Positions 40,602 to 49,534 of a stretch of 64,000 bases of DNA are shown here, one piece after another (position 1 is the stretch's first letter; each line of letters starts with the position of its first letter). Made by a program: the position numbers and the translations under genes. The stretch spans positions 13,409 through 77,408 of the forward strand of contig JBAZHE010000002.1 of assembly GCA_041652555.1 (NCBI GenBank). The letters run 5' to 3'. Source of the stretch: Patescibacteria group bacterium. Its GTDB lineage: Bacteria > Patescibacteriota > Patescibacteriia > Patescibacteriales > WJLG01. The notes under the pieces are model-generated. The model made no database searches, had not been told where the DNA came from, and saw only the letters and a program-made list of their open reading frames with translations.

Positions 40602-41551
40602 TAAAAGTTATAGTTGGATTTATTATTTATAACAATCATACGGCTAAGTATTTGCCGGATTTTTTGGGGTCTTTAAAAAATCAAACGACTCAAAATTTTA
40701 AGATTGTTGCTTTTAATAATGGGGATGAAGATGGTTCTAATTTGGAGTATATTAAAAATAATTTTCCAGAAATAGAAATTTTGGGGACTGGAGAGAATAT
40801 TGGTTTTGCTCGTGCCTATAATCAGATGATAAAAAAAGCGGTTAATGATGGTGCTGATTATTTTTTTATCACCAATCCAGATATAGTTTATAATTCTAAT
40901 GTTTTGGAAAAATTAGTTGAGCGGTTAAATAGTAATATGGAACTAGGGGCAGTTTGTCCAAAACTTTTGCGTTGGGATTTTGATAAAAAAATTAAAACAG
41001 GCTTTATTGATTCTCTAGGGCTTAATTTAAAAACTGGTTTAAAATTTTATGACGTCGGTCAGGGTGAAAAAGACTCTGCTCTATTTTCCCAAGAAAAAAT
41101 TATTGGTCCAGGAGGTGCGTCTGGATTGTGGCGAATTAAGACTTTGGAAAAAATAAAAGAAGGTGAGAATTATTTTGATGAGCGGATGTTTATGTATAAA
41201 GAAGATTGTGATTTGACCTATCGTTTACATCTCAGTGGTGATAAAGCCAAATTTGTTTCGGAGGCTATTGGCTGGCATGATCGGACGGTAGCGATTTTCG
41301 GAAAAGGGGATTTGGCTGTTATTCTCGCTCGCGCTAAAAAATCTCCATTAGTTCGCTGTTGGTCGGTTATTAATCAAGAAATATTATTTAAAAAATACTG
41401 GTCATTGCAATCCTGGCAATCAAAATTAGCCATAACTATTTATCGTTTAAAAGTTTTTGTCTGGATAATATTTGCGGAGAGGTTTTTGCTAAAAGAGTAT
41501 TTGACTATCAAGAAAATAAAGAGTAATCTTAACTGCTTTAAAAAAGATTAA
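40598..41551 (+). CDS. glycosyltransferase family 2
   Basis: GT2 fold N-terminus (VIVGFIIYNNH ... KIVAFNNGDEDGS ... FFITNPDIVY). Overlaps the upstream gene by 4 nt. Confidence 0.65.
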   Translation: MIKVIVGFIIYNNHTAKYLPDFLGSLKNQTTQNFKIVAFNNGDEDGSNLEYIKNNFPEIEILGTGENIGFARAYNQMIKKAVNDGADYFFITNPDIVYNSNVLEKLVERLNSNMELGAVCPKLLRWDFDKKIKTGFIDSLGLNLKTGLKFYDVGQGEKDSALFSQEKIIGPGGASGLWRIKTLEKIKEGENYFDERMFMYKEDCDLTYRLHLSGDKAKFVSEAIGWHDRTVAIFGKGDLAVILARAKKSPLVRCWSVINQEILFKKYWSLQSWQSKLAITIYRLKVFVWIIFAERFLLKEYLTIKKIKSNLNCFKKD

Positions 41552-41584
41552 TTTAAGGGGGTTTTAACTCCCTTTTCTTTTTTC

Positions 41585-41612
41585 TTGACTTTTCTGCGGA
41601 TTTTGTTATAAT
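41585..41612 (+). promoter_or_regulatory. promoter upstream of rplU (TTGACT-16-TGtTATAAT, extended -10)
   Basis: TTGACT at 41585-41590 and TGTTATAAT at 41604-41612. Confidence 0.5.
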
Positions 41613-41662
41613 GTATAACAGCTTGAAAGAGCTGTTTTTATTTATAAGTTTTTCTTAAAAAT

Positions 41663-41971
41663 ATGGCTAAAATTGCTGTTATTTTGGCTGGCGGTAAACA
41701 ATACGTTGTTTCAGCTGGACAAGAATTAAAAATTGAAAAGATTGAAAAAGAAGTCGGCGACAAAATAAAGCTCGAAGCTCTTTTGGTTGCTGATGACGCA
41801 AAAGTTTCTCTTGGTAAACCATCTTTGGGCGAAAAAGTTGAAGCTGAAGTTGTTGAACAAGGACGATCTAAAAAAGTCTCTGTAATGAAGTTTAAAAGCA
41901 AGGTTAGATATCGCCGCAACGTCGGCCATCACCAGGCTTTTACAAAGGTGAAAATAAACTCTATCGCATAA
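41663..41971 (+). CDS. rplU: 50S ribosomal protein L21
   Basis: MAKIAVILAGGKQYVVSAGQELKIEKI typical L21 N-terminus. Confidence 0.9.
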   Translation: MAKIAVILAGGKQYVVSAGQELKIEKIEKEVGDKIKLEALLVADDAKVSLGKPSLGEKVEAEVVEQGRSKKVSVMKFKSKVRYRRNVGHHQAFTKVKINSIA

Positions 41972-41983
41972 TAGATTTAAAAT

Positions 41984-42015
41984 AAAATCAGCCCAGATTA
42001 ATCAGGGCTGATTTT
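41984..42015. terminator. bidirectional terminator between rplU (+) and recR (-)
   Basis: AAAATCAGCCC ... GGGCTGATTTT 11-bp stem with flanking A-run and T-run. Confidence 0.7.
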
Positions 42016-42018
42016 ATT

Positions 42019-42627
42019 TTAAACTTCACTTCTATTTTTTAGAGCATTGTTTATGGTCATTTCGTCGGCGTATTCAATGTCAGAGCCCATGGCTAGGCCA
42101 CGAGCTAGTCGGGTGATTTTTACTTTTTCTTCTTTTAATATTTTAGCTAAATAAAGAGAAGTTGTTTCACCTTCTATCGTAGGTGAGAGTGCTAAAATTA
42201 TCTCTTTAATTTCGCCATTGCGTATACGTTTAATTAAAGCGGCGATGTTCGTTTTGTCGACATCAATACCCTCTTGTGGCCTTAAATTGCGTCCTAAAAG
42301 GAAATAAAGGCCATTATAGCGTTTGCCAGACTCAATGGCAAGCATTTCCGGTTGAGTAGCAACGACGCAAATTGTGCCTCGGTCTCTATTTCGATCAGCG
42401 CAGATTTTACAGACTAAAGATTCGGATATAGAAAGGCAAGATTGGCAAATTTTTAAATCTTTTTTTAAATTAGCAACATCGCCTGACAGTTTAGCTAAAA
42501 ATTCTTTAGGCTGTTTTAATAAATAAAAAACATAACGTTGAGCGGTTTTTGGCCCGACGGTTGGTAGTTCCGATAAGTCATTAATTAAATTTTGAATATT
42601 TTTAGGAAACTGCATGCTTAGCTTCAA
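42019..42627 (-). CDS. recR: recombination protein RecR
   Basis: HhH motif LPTVGPKTAQR, C4 zinc finger (CQSC ... CKIC), Toprim domain. Confidence 0.9.
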   Translation of the reverse strand: MKLSMQFPKNIQNLINDLSELPTVGPKTAQRYVFYLLKQPKEFLAKLSGDVANLKKDLKICQSCLSISESLVCKICADRNRDRGTICVVATQPEMLAIESGKRYNGLYFLLGRNLRPQEGIDVDKTNIAALIKRIRNGEIKEIILALSPTIEGETTSLYLAKILKEEKVKITRLARGLAMGSDIEYADEMTINNALKNRSEV

Positions 42628-42715
42628 GACTTTAATTTAAGATGATTAATAATTTGCCTGCCCTGACTCGTAGTGAGTCTTGTCGAACTAGCTTGTTGAA
42701 GGGATGATTGAAGAT

Positions 42716-42991
42716 TTAACCTAATCCTGGGATTCCGCCCATGCCTTTCATTTTTTCGGCCATGGCGCGCTGGGCTTTTTTAATAGTTTCATTAAAAATA
42801 TCCGGTAACCTTTTTTCCAGTTCTTCTTTGGACATTTCTTTTTCCAAAGTAATCGTTTTAACATTCATGTTGCCGTCCATAGTAATCTTAATCCCATTTC
42901 TTTCCTCGTTAATCATTACGCCAGATAAGGCGCTTTGAATGTTTTTGGCCTGACTACGCAGATCTTTGAGTTGTTTTAATTTTTCAAACAT
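42716..42991 (-). CDS. ybaB: nucleoid-associated protein YbaB/EbfC
   Basis: About 91 aa with C-terminal KMKGMGGIPGLG. Classically adjacent to recR. Confidence 0.85.
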   Translation of the reverse strand: MFEKLKQLKDLRSQAKNIQSALSGVMINEERNGIKITMDGNMNVKTITLEKEMSKEELEKRLPDIFNETIKKAQRAMAEKMKGMGGIPGLG

Positions 42992-43010
42992 ATTTTATTT
43001 AGTTAGTTAT

Positions 43011-44405
43011 TTAAAATTCAGGTGGCGCCTCTCCCTGGTCATGTTTAGAAATATTTTTAAAACTGGTCATTTCAGAATCAAAATAGAGATCAACTTTACC
43101 GGTTGGGCCGTTGCGGTGCTTGGCGATATAGATTTGCGTTAAATGTTTTTCTTCTTCGGTTAGCTCATCAAAAGAATAATGTCGATCAGCGGCTTTGCGA
43201 TAAATAAACATTACCACATCGGCGTCTTGTTCGATAGAGCCGGAGTCGCGCAAGTGTGACAAGCGAGGAATAGCTGGTTTTTCCGCTTCGGCCGCACGAG
43301 ACAGCTGAGAAAGAGCTAGTACGGGAACATTAAGTTCGCGAGCAATGCCTTTTAGACCGCGGGAGATTTCCGCTACTTCTTGAACGCGGTTGTCGCCGTA
43401 TTTTCCTCGGCCTTCCATTAATTGTAAATAATCAATTACGATTAAACCCAGCCCCTTTTCCAGTTTTAAACGGCGCGCTTTGGCGCGGATGTCCATTACT
43501 GTGGAGGCGGAGGAGTCGTCTATGTAAATAGAGGCTTCTGATAATTGTCCCATGGCTTCGCCGATGCGGGAAAAATCATTTTCACTGTCGTGGTCGGAAA
43601 GATTTCCGGTGCGCATTTTCCATAAAGAAACGCCAGCCTGTGCACAAAGCATTCTGTCCACAAGCTGTTCCTTACTCATTTCCAGAGAAAAGATGCCGAC
43701 AGTCTCTTTAGTTTTAACAGCGGCTTGGCGGGCAATATCCAAAGCCAAAGAGGTTTTTCCTACTGAAGGGCGGGCAGCGAGAATTATTAAGTCTGATTTT
43801 TGCAGGCCGGCCAAAAGATTATCAAGATCAGGATAGCCGGTTGGCAAGCCACGCAATTTTCCGCCTTGTTTATGCAGTTCATCTATTCTTTCAAAGGCTT
43901 GAGCAAGCAAACTGTCAATCGGCAAAAAGGCGCCACGCGAATAATTTTGTGAGATTTCAAAAATCTTTTTTTCCGTTTCATCCAAGATGATATCAATGTC
44001 ATCTTCTTCGTTAAAACTTAATTCAGAAATTTCCGCCGCGGCTGAGGCTAAGCGCCTTAAAGTCGCTTTGTGGCTGATTATTTTGGCGTAGTTATCAGCA
44101 TTAGAGGCGGTGGAAACAAAGTTTGATAATTGTGCTAGATATGTTCGTCCGCCAACGGCTGTTAATTGATTTTTTGATTCTAATTTATTAGACAGAGTCA
44201 AAATATCTATCGGCTCTTGTTTGGCAAAAAGATCGCGGGCTGTCTGAAAAATTATTCGATGCGTGTCTTTGTAGAAATCTTTTTCTGAAACGATATCTAT
44301 TATTTTGACAATAGCATTTTTGTCTAACAAAAGACAAGAAAGCAGTGATTGTTCAGCTTCAATGTTTTGTGGCGGTAATTTACCAATATTTTCTTGTCCA
44401 GGCAT
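43011..44405 (-). CDS. dnaB: replicative DNA helicase DnaB (start placed at the internal Met; the track ORF extends to 44525)
   Basis: N-terminal PPQNIEAEQSLLSCLL, Walker A ARPSVGKTS, RecA-fold helicase motifs. Confidence 0.9.
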   Translation of the reverse strand: MPGQENIGKLPPQNIEAEQSLLSCLLLDKNAIVKIIDIVSEKDFYKDTHRIIFQTARDLFAKQEPIDILTLSNKLESKNQLTAVGGRTYLAQLSNFVSTASNADNYAKIISHKATLRRLASAAAEISELSFNEEDDIDIILDETEKKIFEISQNYSRGAFLPIDSLLAQAFERIDELHKQGGKLRGLPTGYPDLDNLLAGLQKSDLIILAARPSVGKTSLALDIARQAAVKTKETVGIFSLEMSKEQLVDRMLCAQAGVSLWKMRTGNLSDHDSENDFSRIGEAMGQLSEASIYIDDSSASTVMDIRAKARRLKLEKGLGLIVIDYLQLMEGRGKYGDNRVQEVAEISRGLKGIARELNVPVLALSQLSRAAEAEKPAIPRLSHLRDSGSIEQDADVVMFIYRKAADRHYSFDELTEEEKHLTQIYIAKHRNGPTGKVDLYFDSEMTSFKNISKHDQGEAPPEF

Positions 44406-44597
44406 AAAGATTAGAAAGTTTAATAGACTTATTATAAGCGAGACCGCCAGCTTTGGCAAGGCGCGTTTCTTGTGCGTTAACTGTTGAAAAAGGCCATAAA
44501 AACTAGAAAAATACCCCCTTGTCAAAGTTAAAATTATTTGTTATTGTTTAAATTAAAGAAAAATCTCCTTTTGGAGTTTATTTTTTTGTTAAAATAA

Positions 44598-44626
44598 TTG
44601 ACAATTGTTAATCAAAGATTGATAAT
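44598..44626 (+). promoter_or_regulatory. promoter for the tRNA pair (TTGACA-17-GATAAT)
   Basis: TTGACA at 44598-44603, GATAAT at 44621-44626, about 10 nt before the tRNA-Lys 5' end. Overlaps copy 4 of the intergenic repeat (44613-44632). Confidence 0.45.
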
Positions 44627-44636
44627 TAAATTAAGA

Positions 44637-44709
44637 GCGCCCATAGCTCAGCTGGTAGAGCAACTCCCTTTTAAGGAGATGGTCACAGGTTCGAATCCTG
44701 TTGGGCGCA
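44637..44709 (+). tRNA. tRNA-Lys (anticodon TTT)
   Basis: Cloverleaf: acceptor GCGCCCA/TGGGCGC, D-arm GCTCAGCTGGTAGAGC, anticodon loop CTTTTAA, T-arm with GGTTCGAATCC. Confidence 0.85.
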
Positions 44710-44730
44710 CAATTGAAGATTGATAATTGA
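44710..44730 (+). repeat. copy 2 of the 21-nt intergenic repeat, between the two tRNAs
   Basis: CAATTGAAGATTGATAATTGA, identical to 10729-10749. Confidence 0.7.
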
Positions 44731-44740
44731 TAGTTTTTTT

Positions 44741-44813
44741 GCCACCCTAGCTCAGCTGGTAGAGCAACAGTTTTGTAAACTGTGGGTCGTCGGTTCGAAC
44801 CCGACGGGTGGCT
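44741..44813 (+). tRNA. tRNA-Thr (anticodon TGT)
   Basis: Acceptor GCCACCC/GGGTGGC, anticodon stem ACAGT/ACTGT with loop TTTGTAA, T-arm GGTTCGAACCC. Confidence 0.85.
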
Positions 44814-44856
44814 CATTTCAAAATACGAATTACAAAGTTCGAAGTTCTAATTTATA

Positions 44857-44884
44857 CTAGACGGGTTGCCCCCGTTTTTTGTTT
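44857..44884 (+). terminator. terminator after the tRNA pair
   Basis: ACGGG-TTGCC-CCCGT hairpin followed by TTTTTGTTTG. Confidence 0.5.
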
Positions 44885-44900
44885 GTTTAGTAAATTTTAT

Positions 44901-44929
44901 TTGACAACCTTATTATTTTATTCTAATAT
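44901..44929 (+). promoter_or_regulatory. candidate promoter (TTGACA-17-TAATAT) for the 44963 gene
   Basis: TTGACA at 44901-44906 and TAATAT at 44924-44929. Confidence 0.4.
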
Positions 44930-44962
44930 TATCGTAAGAATATTTTTTAATATTAGCCGATA

Positions 44963-47044
44963 ATGTTTAGATTTTTTTATAAATTTTTTGCCTTTTTTAT
45001 ACTATTTTTTTTCGGTTTTTTGTTGCCTACAAAAAGCCAGGCTTTTGTTGGCCGGGCGCAGGATACATATCCCAAGCTGGCTAATTATTATTTGCGTTGG
45101 GAAATTCCCGATACCGATGTTAATGATTTGTCTAAATGGGATCTTTTGATTCTTGATATGGAGGTTCAACATAATAGTTTGAATAATTTGCGTCGTTTGC
45201 GCCAGCTTAATCCGAATATTTTAGTTGCTTCTTATATCACTTCTGAAGAAATAAAAACTGATCTTTGGGATAGTCGTTATTCGGAATTGAGATCAAAGAT
45301 TTTGCCACAGGTTAATAATTGGTGGCTCAAAGATCCAAGTGGCAACCGAACATCTTTTTGGCCGGGGACATATATGCTTAATGTGGCCGCTAATTCAAGT
45401 GGACAAGATTGGAATGAATTCTTGCCGTCTTTTGTTAATCAAGAAATTCTTTCTACTGGGCTTTGGGATGGAGTTTTTTATGATAATCTTTTTGGTGATA
45501 TTTCTTGGTTTAATAGTGGCAATCTTGATTTTAATAATGATGGAAAAAGAGATGATGTGACGACAATAAATAATGCTTGGCGTCAGGGGAATATTAAAAT
45601 ATTATCTACTAGCGTTAATATTTTTGGCAGTAATTATTTAGTTTTGGCCAATGCTAATTGTATACCATCCTCATATACGCAAAGCTTAAACGGTTTTATG
45701 ACTGAAAGTTTTTCTGCTTCAGCTTGGACAAATTCTATGAAAGCTTATGTTGACACAAACAATCTTCGTCAGCCAGAAGTAATGGTTATTAATGCTAATA
45801 TGAATAATGGTTGGGATAGCACTAATTATCGCCGTCTGCGCTTTTCTTTTGGCTCGGCTTTATTGGGGGGTGGTTATTTTTCTTTTGATTATGGTACGGA
45901 GAATCATGGGCAGACTTGGTGGTATGACGAATATGACACGGTTTTGGGCAAAGCAGTTTCGGCACCTGTAAATATTTTAGACAAAAATAATAAAGATTGG
46001 AAAAAAGGTGTTTGGCGTCGAGATTTTGAAAACGGTATTGTTGTGGTTAATTCTACTGATCAAAATCAAAATTATGTTTTTTCTAATGAGGCATTTAGCA
46101 AGATTAGCGGTTCGCAAGATAGAGTTATAAATAATGGTTCTCGGGTTAATATGGTTTCTGTGATGGGGCAGGACGCGATTGTTCTTTTGGGAAACTTATC
46201 AGAAAGAAAATTGCCATCCGCTGCTCCAGTAGTCGCTCCAGCCTCTACGCCGTCGTCAGCTAGTTTTGTTATTAAAAATAGTGCTTTTACCAATGGTGCT
46301 TTTTATCGGGTTTTTAATTCTTCTGGTTCGCAAAAACAAAGTGGATTTTTTTCATATAGTGATAAATATCCAGCTGGTTCACAGGTTATTGCTACTGACA
46401 TAGATAATGGTGGGCATGAGGAGATTTTGGTTAATTATAATGGTGTCATCAGCGTTTATCGCAACGGAATTTTGTTACGCTCTTTTAAGCCTTTTGATGA
46501 AAAATTTAAAGGCGATGTTTCTTTGGCTGTGGCTGATTTGAATGGTGATGCAACTAAGGAAATAATTGTTGGTGCTGGCACTGGCGGTGGTCCGCAGGTG
46601 CGAGTTTTTGATGGAAACGGCAAACCTTTGACTGGCGGATTTTTTGCTTATGACCGCGCTTTTCGTGGCGGTGTAAATATTGCCGTAATGGATTTGAATG
46701 GTGATGGTACTAAAGAAATAATTACTGGTGCCGGAAACGGTGGCGGTCCGCACGTGAGAATTTTTTCTAAAGACGGAAAGGAATTGGGCGGATTTTTTGC
46801 TTATGATAAAAATTTACGCAGTGGCGCAGTTGTTACAGTTGGTAATGTTGATGGAATAGGGGATAAGGAAATAATCACTGCCACCAGAAACAGTTCTGAA
46901 ATAAGAATTTTTGATAAAACCGGAAAATTACTTAATCGTTTTAATGCTTACGAATCAGCAGTATCCGGGGGAATGAAAATCTCCACGGCCGATATTGACA
47001 ATGACGGCACCGAAGAAATTTTAACCGGAAATGTTAATTTTTAA
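44963..47044 (+). CDS. secreted protein with an N-terminal putative glycoside-hydrolase-like domain and C-terminal FG-GAP/VCBS-type calcium-binding beta-propeller repeats
   Basis: Signal peptide FFILFFFGFLLPTKSQA. Repeats of the type FFAYD ... DLNGDGTKEIITGAGNGGGPHVRIF (four or more). Confidence 0.5.
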   Translation: MFRFFYKFFAFFILFFFGFLLPTKSQAFVGRAQDTYPKLANYYLRWEIPDTDVNDLSKWDLLILDMEVQHNSLNNLRRLRQLNPNILVASYITSEEIKTDLWDSRYSELRSKILPQVNNWWLKDPSGNRTSFWPGTYMLNVAANSSGQDWNEFLPSFVNQEILSTGLWDGVFYDNLFGDISWFNSGNLDFNNDGKRDDVTTINNAWRQGNIKILSTSVNIFGSNYLVLANANCIPSSYTQSLNGFMTESFSASAWTNSMKAYVDTNNLRQPEVMVINANMNNGWDSTNYRRLRFSFGSALLGGGYFSFDYGTENHGQTWWYDEYDTVLGKAVSAPVNILDKNNKDWKKGVWRRDFENGIVVVNSTDQNQNYVFSNEAFSKISGSQDRVINNGSRVNMVSVMGQDAIVLLGNLSERKLPSAAPVVAPASTPSSASFVIKNSAFTNGAFYRVFNSSGSQKQSGFFSYSDKYPAGSQVIATDIDNGGHEEILVNYNGVISVYRNGILLRSFKPFDEKFKGDVSLAVADLNGDATKEIIVGAGTGGGPQVRVFDGNGKPLTGGFFAYDRAFRGGVNIAVMDLNGDGTKEIITGAGNGGGPHVRIFSKDGKELGGFFAYDKNLRSGAVVTVGNVDGIGDKEIITATRNSSEIRIFDKTGKLLNRFNAYESAVSGGMKISTADIDNDGTEEILTGNVNF
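46535..46860 (+). repeat. DNA-level tandem repeat (about 153-bp units) encoding FG-GAP repeats
   Basis: GATTTGAATGGTGATG..ACTAAAGAAATAATT..GGTGC.GG.A..GG.GGTCCGCA.GTG recurs in register. Confidence 0.4.
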
Positions 47045-47067
47045 TTAATTTGTTATAATAAATCTAT

Positions 47068-47454
47068 ATGACTAAAGAAAAAATTAAAAAGAATCAAGGA
47101 GAGAAGTTTAGTGCTGAGCAGGGGAATATGGAGATTGTTCCTACTGTTAAGGAAATAGAAAAAGAGCCGTCGATTATTAGGAAGAGCGGTAATGTTTTTA
47201 TTGGTACGCTTAACTTGGTGGCTAATCCTGTTAAATCGCACATCAAGAAGCGTCATGAAAAATTTTATAAGGATAGCAAATTTCATTTAGCAGCTGATGT
47301 TTTGTTTGTTTTGGGAATTTTGGTTTTAGCTGCTGTTTTTGTTATTATTTGGAATTTTCAACCAAAAGCTCAAATATTTTTAACAAGCTCTTTGGCTGGT
47401 ACTCAGGCGCAAAGCGGACAGGCCGTAGCTCTGGAAGTTGAATATATAGAATAA
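47068..47454 (+). CDS. hypothetical small membrane protein
   Basis: Single TM helix LAADVLFVLGILVLAAVFVIIW. Possibly the N-terminal anchor of the following ORF (split gene?). Confidence 0.4.
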   Translation: MTKEKIKKNQGEKFSAEQGNMEIVPTVKEIEKEPSIIRKSGNVFIGTLNLVANPVKSHIKKRHEKFYKDSKFHLAADVLFVLGILVLAAVFVIIWNFQPKAQIFLTSSLAGTQAQSGQAVALEVEYIE

Positions 47455-47482
47455 TGATAAAATATCAATCAAGAATGTTAAA

Positions 47483-48946
47483 TTGTCGTTAAATTTCCCT
47501 AAAGATTTTGTTTTACTCTCGGCTTTACCAGAAGATATTTTTATTGATCAGACCAATACTTTTAATTTTGGCGACCTTGATCGTGGGATGGGTGGAACAA
47601 TAAAAATTATCGGCGTTCCTTATGGAGAAATTGGTCAGCGTCAGATTTTTAGTTATTCTTTGAATTATACTCAAAATGGTCGAGCAGAAAATACCCTAGG
47701 GTCTTTTGAATTTATTCTGGAATCATCTGCTCTGGCTACTGAAGTTTCTATTCCGAGTGAAGTTTTTGCTGGTATTGATTTTGGCGGAAAAATTATAATA
47801 AAAAATTCCGGCCAAGCTGACATTGATAAAAATATTGTAATAGCCTTTGTTGATTCTCCGTTCAATATTAAAAGTATTGCCTCGGAAGTGGCGACTTTAG
47901 TTAACAATGAAATTAGTTTGTCAGGATTAAAAGCTGGAAAGCAAGAAGAGATAATCTTTACGGCACAAACAGAAAAAGAAGGGGAGAGTGGATTTCTAAC
48001 TGAGGTATATTTAAATGATGGTGGTAAGAAATTCTTACAACAAGAGATTGATAAACGCTTAAAAGTTTCTTTGTCAAAATTTAAAACCGAGGTGAATGTT
48101 GATAAAAATATTATTAATGATGGAGACGCGGTTAATTATAAACTCTTGTTTACTAATAATGAAGAGGGTGAAATTAGGGATGTTTCTTTTTATATTTCTC
48201 CGGCCGACAGTTCCCTTTCTTTGAAAAGTTTAGACTTAAAAAATGGTGGAGAAAAGTATTTGTTTGATAATAATACGGTGCGTATTGGTGTTTTGCCAGT
48301 TGGAGAAAGTGGAGAGTTAGAATTTGAAGCGGTTTTGGAAAGAAAAAAAGTTAATCCCGAACAAGAGGCTGGTTTGGCTTTTAACTTGAAATATCGTGTT
48401 GGTGAAAAAGATATTAGTTATGTTTTTTATAGTCCAAAGATGAGAATTCTTTCTGATTTGCAAGTGTCTTCCAAAGGTATTTATTATAGCGCCCAGGGTG
48501 ATCAACTTGGTATCGGGCCGTTACCGCCAGCAGCTGATGTACCAACGCGTTATTGGATATTTTGGGAAGTAAATAATTTAGGTAATGAATTAAAAGACCT
48601 TGTTATTAGCGCTGACTTACCGGTAAATGTTGGCTGGACAAATCAGAAATCACTTTTAGCTGGAGATATTCGTTATGGCGCAATTAGTAAAAAAGTTATT
48701 TGGAATGTTGATAATGTTTCTCGTGCTGATGGAATCTATCGCGCCGGTTTTGAAGTTGAGCTAATCCCATCACAATCCGATATCGGAAAAATTCCTGACT
48801 TGTTAACTAATATTCAATATAGTGCCACCGACGTTTTTGCTAACACCGAAATTAAAGGTGAGCTATCAAATATTACCGCCGATCTAAAAGACGACCCAAC
48901 GGCCTCCGGCAAGGGGACGGTAGTAAATATGAAGATAATAAAATAA
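47483..48946 (+). CDS. hypothetical protein (beta-rich, likely extracytoplasmic domain)
   Basis: No recognisable catalytic motif. Confidence 0.45.
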   Translation: MSLNFPKDFVLLSALPEDIFIDQTNTFNFGDLDRGMGGTIKIIGVPYGEIGQRQIFSYSLNYTQNGRAENTLGSFEFILESSALATEVSIPSEVFAGIDFGGKIIIKNSGQADIDKNIVIAFVDSPFNIKSIASEVATLVNNEISLSGLKAGKQEEIIFTAQTEKEGESGFLTEVYLNDGGKKFLQQEIDKRLKVSLSKFKTEVNVDKNIINDGDAVNYKLLFTNNEEGEIRDVSFYISPADSSLSLKSLDLKNGGEKYLFDNNTVRIGVLPVGESGELEFEAVLERKKVNPEQEAGLAFNLKYRVGEKDISYVFYSPKMRILSDLQVSSKGIYYSAQGDQLGIGPLPPAADVPTRYWIFWEVNNLGNELKDLVISADLPVNVGWTNQKSLLAGDIRYGAISKKVIWNVDNVSRADGIYRAGFEVELIPSQSDIGKIPDLLTNIQYSATDVFANTEIKGELSNITADLKDDPTASGKGTVVNMKIIK

Positions 48947-48951
48947 TAAGT

Positions 48952-49506
48952 TTATTTGGAATATTTTTTTACTAAAGTATCAACTTGAGCCAGGAATTCT
49001 TCCATTGTAGTGTTGTTGGTTATTTTTTCGTCGGCAGCAGCGATAGTTTCTACTATTTGTTCTTCGGTGCCAGCCTCTGAGTCTTTGGCAAATTCTTCAA
49101 AACTTTTTTCTGCATCTCCGGCGTTTTCATTGCGAGCGGTTAAGCGGTCGTAACGAATTTTGGTATCAGCATCAACTGCTATTAGGGTGAAATTTTTTAA
49201 ACGTTTCCAAGCTTCTACTTCGTCTTTATGGCGAATACCTTCAACAACAATTATTTTTTCTTCGGAATTTAAGACGCGCCAAATCAAGACGTCGGTCATA
49301 GCATAACGTCCAAACATCTCGCGTATTTTAGTACCGAGAACGGTTAAATTTTTTCTAGATTTTTCTATGTCGGCAGTATCTAATAGTTCACGTAAAAGAG
49401 AGGAGTATTTATAGGTTCTCGCTCCGTGTTTTTCGCTTAAATATTTAGCTACTATTCCTTTTCCGGAAGCCATTTCTCCAGTGACGCCAAAAATGATTTT
49501 GTCCAT
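48952..49506 (-). CDS. P-loop nucleoside/nucleotide kinase (dNMP-kinase-like / dephospho-CoA-kinase-like)
   Basis: Walker A FGVTGEMASGKG and VEGIRHKDE lid-like segment. Last gene of the minus-strand dCMP deaminase-dcd-thyX operon. Confidence 0.5.
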   Translation of the reverse strand: MDKIIFGVTGEMASGKGIVAKYLSEKHGARTYKYSSLLRELLDTADIEKSRKNLTVLGTKIREMFGRYAMTDVLIWRVLNSEEKIIVVEGIRHKDEVEAWKRLKNFTLIAVDADTKIRYDRLTARNENAGDAEKSFEEFAKDSEAGTEEQIVETIAAADEKITNNTTMEEFLAQVDTLVKKYSK

Positions 49507-49534
49507 GTTTTTTGTATCTTGTTATTTTTTTAAA

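Noticed and set aside
44631-44816. 61-aa minus-strand ORF
   Set aside because: Entirely overlaps the tRNA-Lys and tRNA-Thr genes; artefact.
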